From Eledone cirrhosa (lineage: Eukaryota): a stretch of DNA of 64,000 bases. Within the stretch, counting starts at the first letter, position 1. Each line of letters begins with the position of its first letter. The DNA lies in contig CAXHJY010000080.1 in NCBI GenBank assembly GCA_964016885.1, forward strand, positions 100,758 to 164,757. The letters run 5' to 3'. The notes under the pieces were generated by a model. The model searched no databases and was not told where the DNA came from. It saw nothing but the letters and a program-made list of their open reading frames with translations. Shown piece by piece: positions 1-13,350 of this stretch. The position numbers were made by a program, and so were the translations under genes.

Positions 1-1358
1 ATTGCTTACTGCCATTATATAAAATATCAGCTTTATTAAATATCTAAGTCAGCTTTTACAATTCCTGCAGTTAACAGTTCTAATAATATCAGTAAATATC
101 CCATGTCATTGCGCTACATACCTTTCCCTTCCACCTTCTATAATGTATGTTATCCTATGATAACTCCTATTGCTTTATTAACAATGACTCATCCATGCGA
201 TATCTGTTTGTCAGTTAGAATCAAATAACTGAAATTATATCTACCTTCTTTTTTAATATTATTTATTATCAAGGTTGAAATATTCTGTACAATCTCTACA
301 GTATATTTATATTCTAGTGATAACATTCCATATAACATTGACCTTCCAAATATATAACATTGATTATGAACTAATTTTTAATGACCCAATACTCTGGCTG
401 TGTATTAGTTTTACTGTTTCATTCTACAATTATTTCTCTTATAATTAACAGATTATTTTCTTCAATAAGTCGTTATATTTCTAGAATCTTTGAATGATAC
501 ATATTAATAAAAACTAATGGAGACAAGATTGCTGTACACTCAATCTTCACAATTACCAGCATTTATTGATGTAATTACTCTGTATTTAACACAGCTAATA
601 TCTCTGCTTTAAAACCTAGACATAAATTCCTAATATATACCAATAAGTCATCGATCCTTTACAATATTTGAAGATAATCTACCAATATTCTTTATAATGC
701 TTCTACAAAATATGATGCCATAACTGTTATGACAATACCTGCAGCATGTAATTGTGATAACGTCTACCAATATACTGAATTAGTGTATAATATATCTTAT
801 TTGCTTCATGTCAATCTAGTGGAATTTTTGTTTATAATATATAAAATTTCACTGTTGCCATATCTTCAGCTTTATGCATGTGTGAATTATTGTAAATAAT
901 AGAAACTGTATTTCTGTATAAATGTGTAGAATCATTGATAATCAGTGATTATATAACGTTTGTGATATTCTGGAAATGTAACTGTGATATGAATGGAAGG
1001 CTGAATAATACTTTTCTTGTGACAAACTCTAACTTTCAGATATTCTTGTGACAAACTGTGACTTTCACACAAATACTAATAGATTTTGTCTTCATATTGA
1101 TATTCGTAATCTGTAATACCTAAATATTTACAAAGTAAATTAAATTAATTTAATATTTAAACTTTATCTGTAAGAAATATGTCATATCTCTCTTGAAATA
1201 TGTTTCTTACTTTCAATACCAACTGACTTAAAATATAACATTTATATGTAATACACTTCAATATGTAGGTAATATATTACATTGTTTTACTTTCAATTTA
1301 CTATCAACTATTTAGAATTCTATCTTAATGAGTTATGTGATTATTATTTCCATAAAAG

Positions 1359-1415
1359 GAGGAGAAATAGTGACACCTAGTAGAGTTCCAATAATTGAAA
1401 CAACCAGAAAGAGAG
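1359..1415 (+). CDS. 57-nt optional linker exon (GGEIVTPSRVPIIETTRKR), unit 1
   Basis: ttattatttccataaaAG|GAGGAGAA...AAGAGAG|GTgaga; phase 1-1, stop-free, purine-rich island in AT-rich intron. Confidence 0.75.
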
Positions 1416-1719
1416 GTGAGATATTACTGAAACATATTTATATATACTTAGATATGTTACAGAACAACACTTATAATATATAGAACATATTACATAACAA
1501 TTATTTCAATATCATCACTGGAATATTAATTAGTTATTCACAGTCAGCTATTGGAGATTAAACAGAAATATATATAGTAACATATTTCAAAATATCAACA
1601 TTTACATATTCTTATGAATATATAAAGTATATTTCAATATTTCAGATTATCTAGCAATGTCTTACTAACAGATTTCACATCATATCTTTAAACTTACAAC
1701 AATATTTTATTTCTCGCAG

Positions 1720-1764
1720 TTGTTGAAAAAACTCCAGCACCTGCTATTACATTACCAACTAAGG
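1720..1764 (+). CDS. 45-nt linker exon (VVEKTPAPAITLPTK), unit 1
   Basis: tttctcgcAG|TTGTTGAA...ACTAAGG|GTaagg; phase 1-1. Confidence 0.9.
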
Positions 1765-2514
1765 GTAAGGCCCTTGTACTCCTCAACATACTCTTTTATG
1801 TTATATTGATATCTTTATGTCTATGTTAATCATAGCTACCTCTTTCTTTGTCAATCTCTTATTTCTATATATAAACATTCATTGATCTGTCAGATGTTGT
1901 CAATATAATTCAGTAAATTATACTGTCTATCAGTAAAGTTCAATATATTTATCTATAGATGTAGTTATATCTTTTGTCTCTGTGATATATGTTTGGTATG
2001 TTTTCTATATTTGTTATTTCTAAGATACCATCTTGAAATATTTCTTATTATTTGTTTGATCTCCTGACAATGTAGTCTCCTCATATATGGTCTGTAGTTT
2101 CATGTTGTGTTGTTTATTTGGAATATTGTTTTATGTAGAGTTGTTATTGTTTTGTTGTAGTGTTTTGGTAACAATTCAAACCATATCTTGTTATGTGAAG
2201 TTATATCTTACCTTAATAAGTTGATTTCTATATTGATATATTGTTTTTGTTGATTCTTTGTTATGTGACAGTATATCCCTATGTACCAGTTGATGGTTTG
2301 TTATGTATCAGAATATATAGTTATGTTGTAATATTATTTCAATATTACCATGTCACCATCTTAACTGTTCTGTACTGTATCAATACAATGTACATGTAAT
2401 GTAACATATTGTTCTGTTATGTCACTCAGTCTATGTTAAAAGATAATGTTAGATTTATCTATCAGCCACTCTACATTATTCTATTAGTTAAAAACTTATT
2501 ATAATGTTCTCCAG

Positions 2515-3084
2515 GTGGCTGCGGCAATACAAAATCTGACATCATCTTCATTTTGGATTCCTCAACTAGTGTCCAAGCAGAAAATTTTCAGAAAATGCTC
2601 GATTTTGTAGTTGACTTTGTCTCTGCTGCTGATATTGACAGTGGCAATGTTAGAATCGGTGCAGTACTCTACAGTACAGATGTGAAAATACAATTCCATT
2701 TAAATGATTTCCAAAGTAAACAACAAATGATCAAGGCAGTTGGTGAAATTGCCTATGTTTATGGTAGTACAAACACTTATGGTGGACTAAACACAATGAG
2801 GACAGTAATGTTTACAAGAGAGAATGGTGACAGGCCATCTGTTGACAATATTGCCATACTTCTTACTGATGGTGTATCAAATATCAATTCATATCAGACT
2901 ATTCCAGAAGCAGTGAAAGTTAGAGAAGATGGCATCCATATATATGCTATAGGTATTGGTCTAACTGATACTACAGAATTGAGCAAGATTTCATCACTTC
3001 CTGTCAGTGAAAATATGTTTGTTGTCACTGATTTCAACGAATTATCGAATCTCAAGGAAAGAATCTTTGAACAATATTGCCCAG
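2515..3084 (+). CDS. vWA domain exon 1 (570 nt, 190 aa)
   Basis: ttctccAG|GTGGCTGC...TGCCCAG|GTatag; GCGNTKSDIIFILDSSTS (DxSxS), GSTNT, LLTDG, IYAIGIG, terminal YCP. Confidence 0.95.
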
Positions 3085-4524
3085 GTATAGCAATTAGCAT
3101 GTGATAACAAAGTCATACTGTACTTGATACTATTACTAATATCCAATCCCTCAGTCATTTATCAATATTGCTTACTGCCATTATATAAAATATCAGCTTT
3201 ATTAAATATCTAAGTCAGCTTTTACAATTCCTGCAGTTAACAGTTCTAATAATATCAGTAAATATCCCATGTCATTGCGCTACATACCTTTCCCTTCCAC
3301 CTTCTATAATGTATGTTATCCTATGATAACTCCTATTGCTTTATTAACAATGACTCATCCATGCGATATCTGTTTGTCAGTTAGAATCAAATAACTGAAA
3401 TTATATCTACCTTCTTTTTTAATATTATTTATTATCAAGGTTGAAATATTCTGTACAATCTCTACAGTATATTTATATTCTAGTGATAACATTCCATATA
3501 ACATTGACCTTCCAAATATATAACATTGATTATGAACTAATTTTTAATGACCCAATACTCTGGCTGTGTATTAGTTTTACTGTTTCATTCTACAATTATT
3601 TCTCTTATAATTAACAGATTATTTTCTTCAATAAGTCGTTATATTTCTAGAATCTTTGAATGATACATATTAATAAAAACTAATGGAGACAAGATTGCTG
3701 TACACTCAATCTTCACAATTACCAGCATTTATTGATGTAATTACTCTGTATTTAACACAGCTAATATCTCTGCTTTAAAACCTAGACATAAATTCCTAAT
3801 ATATACCAATAAGTCATAGATCCTTTACAATATTTGAAGATAATCTACCAATATTCTTTATAATGCTTCTACAAAATATGATCCCATAACTGTTATGACA
3901 ATACCTGCAGCATGTAATTGTGATAACGTCTACCAATATACTGAATTAGTGTATAATATATCTTATTTGCTTCATGTCAATCTAGTGGAATTTTTGTTTA
4001 TAATATATAAAATTTCACTGTTGCCATATCTTCAGCTTTATGCATGTGTGAATTATTGTAAATAATAGAAACTGTATTTCTGTATAAATGTGTAGAATCA
4101 TTGATAATCAGTGATTATATAACGTTTGTGATATTCTGGAAATGTAACTGTGATATGAATGGAAGGCTGAATAATACTTTTCTTGTGACAAACTCTAACT
4201 TTCAGATATTCTTGTGACAAACTGTGACTTTCACACAAATACTAATAGATTTTGTCTTCATATTGATATTCGTAATCTGTAATACCTAAATATTTACAAA
4301 GTAAATTAAATTAATTTAATATTTAAACTTTATCTGTAAGAAATATGTCATATCTCTCTTGAAATATGTTTCTTACTTTCAATACCAACTGACTTAAAAT
4401 ATAACATTTATATGTAATACACTTCAATATGTAGGTAATATATTACATTGTTTTACTTTCAATTTACTATCAACTATTTAGAATTCTATCTTAATGAGTT
4501 ATGTGATTATTATTTCCATAAAAG

Positions 4525-4581
4525 GAGGAGAAATAGTGACACCTAGTAGAGTTCCAATAATTGAAACAACCAGAAAGAGAG
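4525..4581 (+). CDS. 57-nt RKR linker exon, unit 2
   Basis: Same sequence and splice sites as 1359-1415. Confidence 0.75.
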
Positions 4582-4885
4582 GTGAGATATTACTGAAACA
4601 TATTTATATATACTTAGATATGTTACAGAACAACACTTATAATATATAGAACATATTACATAACAATTATTTCAATATCATCACTGGAATATTAATTAGT
4701 TATTCACAGTCAGCTATTGGAGATTAAACAGAAATATATATAGTAACATATTTCAAAATATCAACATTTACATATTCTTATGAATATATAAAGTATATTT
4801 CAATATTTCAGATTATCTAGCAATGTCTTACTAACAGATTTCACATCATATCTTTAAACTTACAACAATATTTTATTTCTCGCAG

Positions 4886-4930
4886 TTGTTGAAAAAACTC
4901 CAGCACCTGCTATTACATTACCAACTAAGG
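4886..4930 (+). CDS. 45-nt linker exon, unit 2
   Basis: Same as 1720-1764. Confidence 0.9.
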
Positions 4931-5680
4931 GTAAGGCCCTTGTACTCCTCAACATACTCTTTTATGTTATATTGATATCTTTATGTCTATGTTAATCATA
5001 GCTACCTCTTTCTTTGTCAATCTCTTATTTCTATATATAAACATTCATTGATCTGTCAGATGTTGTCAATATAATTCAGTAAATTATACTGTCTATCAGT
5101 AAAGTTCAATATATTTATCTATAGATGTAGTTATATCTTTTGTCTCTGTGATATATGTTTGGTATGTTTTCTATATTTGTTATTTCTAAGATACCATCTT
5201 GAAATATTTCTTATTATTTGTTTGATCTCCTGACAATGTAGTCTCCTCATATATGGTCTGTAGTTTCATGTTGTGTTGTTTATTTGGAATATTGTTTTAT
5301 GTAGAGTTGTTATTGTTTTGTTGTAGTGTTTTGGTAACAATTCAAACCATATCTTGTTATGTGAAGTTATATCTTACCTTAATAAGTTGATTTCTATATT
5401 GATATATTGTTTTTGTTGATTCTTTGTTATGTGACAGTATATCCCTATGTACCAGTTGATGGTTTGTTATGTATCAGAATATATAGTTATGTTGTAATAT
5501 TATTTCAATATTACCATGTCACCATCTTAACTGTTCTGTACTGTATCAATACAATGTACATGTAATGTAACATATTGTTCTGTTATGTCACTCAGTCTAT
5601 GTTAAAAGATAATGTTAGATTTATCTATCAGCCACTCTACATTATTCTATTAGTTAAAAACTTATTATAATGTTCTCCAG

Positions 5681-6250
5681 GTGGCTGCGGCAATACAAAA
5701 TCTGACATCATCTTCATTTTGGATTCCTCAACTAGTGTCCAAGCAGAAAATTTTCAGAAAATGCTCGATTTTGTAGTTGACTTTGTCTCTGCTGCTGATA
5801 TTGACAGTGGCAATGTTAGAATCGGTGCAGTACTCTACAGTACAGATGTGAAAATACAATTTCATTTAAATGATTTCCAAAGTAAACAACAAATGATCAT
5901 GGCAGTTGGTGAAATTGCCTATGTTTATGGTAGTACAAACACTTATGGTGGACTAAACACAATGAGGACAGTAATGTTTACAAGAGAGAATGGTGACAGG
6001 CCATCTGTTGACAATATTGCCATACTTCTTACTGATGGTGTATCAAATATCAATTCATATCAGACTATTCCAGAAGCAGTGAAAGTTAGAGAAGATGGCA
6101 TCCATATATATGCTATAGGTATTGGTCTAACTGATACTACAGAATTGAGCAAGATTTCATCACTTCCTGTCAGTGAAAATATGTTTGTTGTCACTGACTT
6201 CAACGAATTATCGAATCTCAAGGAAAGAATCTTTGAACAATATTGCCCAG
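5681..6250 (+). CDS. vWA domain exon 2 (K>M variant)
   Basis: Copy of exon 1; ORF track 5719-6270. Confidence 0.95.
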
Positions 6251-7705
6251 GTATAGCAATTAGCATGTGATAACAAAGTGATACTGTACTTGATACTATT
6301 ACTAATATCCAATCCCTCAGGCAATTAATATTCTAAAGATATATCATTTATCAATATTGCTTACTGCCATTATATAAAATATCAGCTTTATTAAATATCT
6401 AAGTCAGCTTTTACAATTCCTGCAGTTAACAGTTCTAATAATATCAGTAAATATCCCATGTCATTGCGCTACATACCTTTCCCTTCCACCTTCTATAATG
6501 TATGTTATCCTATGATAACTCCTATTGCTTTATTAACAATGACTCATCCATGCGATATCTGTTTGTCAGTTAGAATCAAATAACTGAAATTATATCTACC
6601 TTCTTTTTTAATATTATTTATTATCAAGGTTGAAATATTCTGTACAATCTCTACAGTATATTTATATTCTAGTGATAACATTCCATATAACATTGACCTT
6701 CCAAATATATAACATTGATTATGAACTAATTTTTAATGACCCAATACTCTGGCTGTGTATTAGTTTTACTGTTTCATTCTACAATTATTTCTCTTATAAT
6801 TAACAGATTATTTTCTTCAATAAGTCGTTGTATTTCTAGAATCTTTGAATGATTCATATTAATAAAAACTAATGGAGACTAGATTGCTGTACACTCAATC
6901 TTCACAATTACCAGCATTTATTGATGTAATTACTCTGTATTTAACACAGCTAATATCTCTGGTTTAAAACCTAGACATAAATTCCTAATATATACCAATA
7001 AGTCATAGATCCTTTACTATATGTGAAGATAATCTACCAATATTCTTTATAATGCTTCTACAAAATATGATGCCATAACTGTTATGACAATACCTGCAGC
7101 ATGTAATTCTGATAACGTCTACCAATATACTGAATTAGTGTATAATATATCTTATTTGCTTCATGTCATTCTAGTGGAATTTTTGTTTATAAAATATAAA
7201 ATTTCACTGTTGCCATATCTTCAGCTTTATGCATGTGTGAATTATTGTAAATAATAGAAACTGTATTTCTGTATAAATGTGTAGATTAATTGATAACCAG
7301 TGATTATGTAACGTTTGTGATATTCTGGAAAGGTAACTGTGATATGAATGGAAGGCTGAATAATACTTTTCTTGTGACAAACTCTAACTTTCAGATATTC
7401 TTGTGACAAACTGTGACTTTCACACAAATACTGATAGATTTATTACAGAACAACACTTATAATATATAGAACACATTACATAACAATTATTTCAATATCA
7501 TCACTGGAATATTAATTAGTTATTCACAGTCAGCTATTGGAGATTAAACAGAAATATATATAGTAACATATTTCAAAATATCAACATTTATATATTCTTA
7601 TGAATATATAAATTATATTTCAATATTTCAGATTATCTATCAATGTCTTACTAACAGATTTCACATCATATCTTTAAACTTACAACAATATTTTATTTCT
7701 CGCAG

Positions 7706-7750
7706 TTGTTGAAAAAACGCCAGCACCTGCTATTACATTACCAACTAAGG
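7706..7750 (+). CDS. 45-nt linker exon, unit 3 (synonymous ACT>ACG)
   Basis: Same splice sites; unit lacks the 57-nt exon. Confidence 0.9.
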
Positions 7751-8500
7751 GTAAGGCCCTTGTACTCCTCAACATACTCTTTTATGTTATATTGATATCT
7801 TTATGTCTATGTTAATCATAGCTACCTCTTTCTTTGTCAATCTCTTATTTCTATATATAAACATTCATTGATCTGTCAGATGTTGTCAATATAATTCAGT
7901 AAATTATACTGTCTATCAGTAAAGTTCAATATATTTATCTATAGATGTAGTTATATCTTTTGTCTCTGTGATATATGATTGGTATGTTTTCTATATTTGT
8001 TATTTCTAAGATACCATCTTGAAATATTTCTTATTATTTGTTTGATCTCCTGACAATGTAGTTTCCTCATATGTGGTCTGTAGTTTCATGTTGTGTTGTT
8101 TATTTGGAATATTGTTTTATGTAGAGTTGTTATTGTTTTGTTGTAGTGTTTTGGTAACAATTCAAACCATATCTTGTTATGTGAAGTTATATCTTACCTT
8201 AATAAGTTGATTTCTATATTGATATATTGTTTTTGTTGATTCTTTGTTATGTGACTGTATATCCCTATGTACCAGTTGATGGTTTGTTATGTATCAGAAT
8301 ATATAGTTATGTTGTAATATTATTTCAATATTACCATGTCACCATCTTAACCGTTCAGTACTGTATCAATACAATGTACATGTAATGTAACATATTGTTC
8401 TGTTATGTCACTCAGTCTATGTTAAAAGATAATGTTAGATTTATCTATCAGCCACTCTACATTATTCTATTAGTTAAAAACTTATTATAATGTTCTCCAG

Positions 8501-9070
8501 GTGGCTGCGGCAATACAAAATCTGACATCATCTTCATTTTGGATTCCTCAACTAGTGTCCAAGCAGAAAATTTTCAGAAAATGCTCGATTTTGTAGTTGA
8601 CTTTGTCTCTGCTGCTGATATTGACAGTGGCAATGTTAGAATCGGTGCAGTACTCTACAGTACAGATGTGAAAATACAATTTCATTTAAATGATTTCCAA
8701 AGTAAACAACAAATGATCATGGCAGTTGGTGAAATTGCCTATGTTTATGGTAGTACAAACACTTATGGTGGACTAAACACAATGAGGACAGTAATGTTTA
8801 CAAGAGAGAATGGTGACAGGCCATCTGTTGACAATATTGCCATACTTCTTACTGATGGTGTATCAAATATCAATTCATATCAGACTATTCCAGAAGCAGT
8901 GAAAGTTAGAGAAGATGGCATCCATATATATGCTATAGGTATTGGTCTAACTGATACTACAGAATTGAGCAAGATTTCATCACTTCCTGTCAGTGAAAAT
9001 ATGTTTGTTGTCACTGATTTCAACGAATTATCGAATCTCAAGGAAAGAATCTTTGAACAATATTGCCCAG
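8501..9070 (+). CDS. vWA domain exon 3 (K>M variant)
   Basis: Copy of exon 1; ORF track 8539-9090. Confidence 0.95.
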
Positions 9071-10508
9071 GTATAGCAATTAGCATGTGATAACAAAGTC
9101 ATACTGTACTTGATACTATTACTAATATCCAATCCCTCAGTCATTTATCAATATTGCTTACTGCCATTATATAAAATATCAGCTTTATTAAATATCTAAG
9201 TCAGCTTTTACAATTCCTGCAGTTAACAGTTCTAATAATATCAGTAAATATCCCATGTCATTGCGCTACATACCTTTCCCTTCCACCTTCTATAATGTAT
9301 GTTATCCTATGATAACTCCTATTGCTTTATTAACAATGACTCATCCATGCGATATCTGTTTGTCAGTTAGAATCAAATAACTGAAATTATATCTACCTTC
9401 TTTTTTAATATTATTTATTATCAAGGTTGAAATATTCTGTACAATCTCTACAGTATATTTATATTCTAGTGATAACATTCCATATAACATTGACCTTCCA
9501 AATATATAACATTGATTATGAACTAATTTTTAATGACCCAATACTCTGGCTGTGTATTAGTTTTACTGTTTCATTCTACAATTATTTCTCTTATAATTAA
9601 CAGATTATTTTCTTCAATAAGTCGTTATATTTCTAGAATCTTAGAATGATTCATATTAATAAAAACTAATGGAGACAAGATTGCTGTACACTCAATCTTC
9701 ACAATTACCAGCATTTATTGATGTAATTACTCTGTATTTAACACAGCTAATATCTCTGCTTTAAAACCTAGACATAAATTCCTAATATATACCATTAAGT
9801 CATAGATCCTTTACTATATGTGAAGATAATCTACCAATATTCTTTATAATGCTTCTACAAAATATGATGCCATAACTGTTATGACAATACCTGCAGCATG
9901 TAATTGTGATAACGTCTACCAATATACTGAATTAGTGTATAATATATCTTATTTGCTTCATGTCATTCTAGTGGAATTTTTGTTTATAAAATATAAAATT
10001 TCACTGTTGCCATATCTTCAGCTTTATGCATGTGTGAATTATTGTAAATAATAGAAACTGTATTTCTGTATAAATGAGTAGAATCATTGATAACCAGTGA
10101 TTATGTAACTTTTGTGATATACTGGAAAGGTAACTGTGATATGAATGGAAGGCTGAATAATACTTTTCTTGTGACAAACTCTAACTTTCAGATATTCTTG
10201 TGACAAACTGTGACTTTCACACAAATACTAATAGATTTATTACAGAACAACACTTATAATATATAGAACACATTACATAACAATTATTTCAATATTATCA
10301 CTGGAATATTAATTAGTTATTCACAGTCAGCTATTGGAGATTAAACAGAAATATATATATATATAGTAACATATTTCAAAATATCAACATTTACATATTC
10401 TTATGAATATATAAAATATATTTCAATATTTCAGATTATCTAGCAATGTCTTACTAACAGATTTCACATCATATCTTTAAACTTACAACAATATTTTATT
10501 TCTCGCAG

Positions 10509-10553
10509 TTGTTGAAAAAACTCCAGCACCTGCTATTACATTACCAACTAAGG
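10509..10553 (+). CDS. 45-nt linker exon, unit 4
   Basis: Same splice sites. Confidence 0.9.
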
Positions 10554-11303
10554 GTAAGGCCCTTGTACTCCTCAACATACTCTTTTATGTTATATTGATA
10601 TCTTTATGTCTATGTTAATCATAGCTACCTCTTTCTTTGTCAATCTCTTATTTCTATATATAAACATTCATTGATCTGTCAGATGTTGTCAATATAATTC
10701 AGTAAATTATACTGTCTATCAGTAAAGTTCAATATATTTATCTATAGATGTAGTTATATCTTTTGTCTCTGTGATATATGTTTGGTATGTTTTCTATATT
10801 TGTTATTTCTAAGATACCATCTTGAAATATTTCTTATTATTTGTTTGATCTTCTGACAATGTAGTCTCCTCATATGTGGTCTGTAGTTTCATGTTGTGTT
10901 GTTTATTTGGAATATTGTTTTATGTAGAGTTGTTATTGTTTTGTTGTAGTGTTTTGATAACAATTCAAACCATATCTTGTTATGTGAAGTTATATCTTAC
11001 CTTAATAAGTTGATTTCTATATTGATATATTGTTTTTGTTGATTCTTTGTTATGTGACAGTATATCCCTATGTACCAGTTGATGGTTTGTTATGTATCAG
11101 AATATATAGTTATGTTGTAATATTATTTCAATATTACCCTGTCACCATCTTAACTGTTATGTACTGTATCAATACAATGTACATGTAATGTAACATATTG
11201 TTCTGTTATGTCACTCAGTCTATGTTAAAAGATAATGTTAGATTTATCTATCAGCCACTCTACATTATTCTATTAGTTAAAAACTTATTATAATGTTCTC
11301 CAG

Positions 11304-11873
11304 GTGGCTGCGGCAATACAAAATCTGACATCATCTTCATTTTGGATTCCTCAACTAGTGTTCAAGCAGAAAATTTTCAGAAAATGCTCGATTTTGTAGT
11401 TGACTTTGTCTCTGCTGCTGATATTGACAGTGGCAATGTTAGAATCGGTGCAGTACTCTACAGTACAGATGTGAAAATACAATTCCATTTAAATGATTTC
11501 CAAAGTAAACAACAAATGATCAAGGCAGTTGGTGAAATTGCCTATGTTTATGGTAGTACAAACACTTATGGTGGACTAAACACAATGAGGACAGTAATGT
11601 TTACAAGAGAGAATGGTGACAGGCCATCTGTTGACAATATTGCCATACTTCTTACTGATGGTGTATCAAATATCAATTCATATCAGACTATTCCAGAAGC
11701 AGTGAAAGTTAGAGAAGATGGCATCCATATATATGCTATAGGTATTGGTCTAACTGATACTACAGAATTGAGCAAGATTTCATCACTTCCTGTCAGTGAA
11801 AATATGTTTGTTGTCACTGATTTCAACGAATTATCGAATCTCAAGGAAAGAATCTTTGAACAATATTGCCCAG
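11304..11873 (+). CDS. vWA domain exon 4
   Basis: Copy of exon 1; ORF track 11342-11893. Confidence 0.95.
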
Positions 11874-13305
11874 GTATAGCAATTAGCATGTGATAACAAA
11901 GTCATACTGTACTTGATACTATTACTAATATCCAATCCCTCAGTCATTTATCAATATTGCTTACTGCCATTATATAAAATATCAGCTTTATTAAATATCT
12001 AAGTCAGCTTTTACAATTCCTGCAGTTAACAGTTCTAATAATATCAGTAAATATCCCATGTCATTGCGCTACATACCTTTCCCTTCCACCTTCTATAATG
12101 TATGTTATCCTATGATAACTCCTATTGCTTTATTAACAATGACTCATCCATGCGATATCTGTTTGTCAGTTAGAATCAAATAACTGAAATTATATCTACC
12201 TTCTTTTTTAATATTATTTATTATCAAGGTTGAAATATTCTGTACAATCTCTACAGTATATTTATATTCTAGTGATAACATTCCATATAACATTGACCTT
12301 CCAAATATATAACATTGATTATGAACTAATTTTTAATGACCCAATACTCTGGCTGTGTATTAGTTTTACTGTTTCATTCTACAATTATTTCTCTTATAAT
12401 TAACAGATTATTTTCTTCAATAAGTCGTTGTATTTCTAGAATCTTTGAATGATTCATATTAATAAAAACTAATGGAGACTAGATTGCTGTACACTCAATC
12501 TTCACAATTACCAGCATTTATTGATGTAATTACTCTGTATTTAACACAGCTAATATCTCTGGTTTAAAACCTAGACATAAATTCCTAATATATACCAATA
12601 AGTCATAGATCCTTTACTATATGTGAAGATAATCTACCAATATTCTTTATAATGCTTCTACAAAATATGATGCCATAACTGTTATGACAATACCTGCAGC
12701 ATGTAATTCTGATAACGTCTACCAATATACTGAATTAGTGTATAATATATCTTATTTGCTTCATGTCATTCTAGTGGAATTTTTGTTTATAAAATATAAA
12801 ATTTCACTGTTGCCATATCTTCAGCTTTATGCATGTGTGAATTATTGTAAATAATAGAAACTGTATTTCTGTATAAATGTGTAGATTAATTGATAACCAG
12901 TGATTATGTAACGTTTGTGATATTCTGGAAAGGTAACTGTGATATGAATGGAAGGCTGAATAATACTTTTCTTGTGACAAACTCTAACTTTCAGATATTC
13001 TTGTGACAAACTGTGACTTTCACACAAATACTGATAGATTTATTACAGAACAACACTTATAATATATAGAACACATTACATAACAATTATTTCAATATCA
13101 TCACTGGAATATTAATTAGTTATTCACAGTCAGCTATTGGAGATTAAACAGAAATATATATAGTAACATATTTCAAAATATCAACATTTATATATTCTTA
13201 TGAATATATAAATTATATTTCAATATTTCAGATTATCTATCAATGTCTTACTAACAGATTTCACATCATATCTTTAAACTTACAACAATATTTTATTTCT
13301 CGCAG

Positions 13306-13350
13306 TTGTTGAAAAAACGCCAGCACCTGCTATTACATTACCAACTAAGG
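13306..13350 (+). CDS. 45-nt linker exon, unit 5 (synonymous ACT>ACG)
   Basis: Same splice sites. Confidence 0.9.

Noticed and set aside
2894-3100. 68-aa minus-strand ORF in every unit
   Set aside because: Antisense shadow of the vWA exon; conserved only because the DNA is duplicated.
2553-3104. 17 independent single-exon 183-aa vWA genes
   Set aside because: The 'start' is a TTG inside the first beta-strand (DIIFILD). The domain begins upstream at a splice acceptor, and splice sites plus phase-matched linker exons explain the structure.
7242-7427. 61-aa minus-strand ORF in four units
   Set aside because: Intronic; opened or closed by single SNPs among copies; no recognisable motif.
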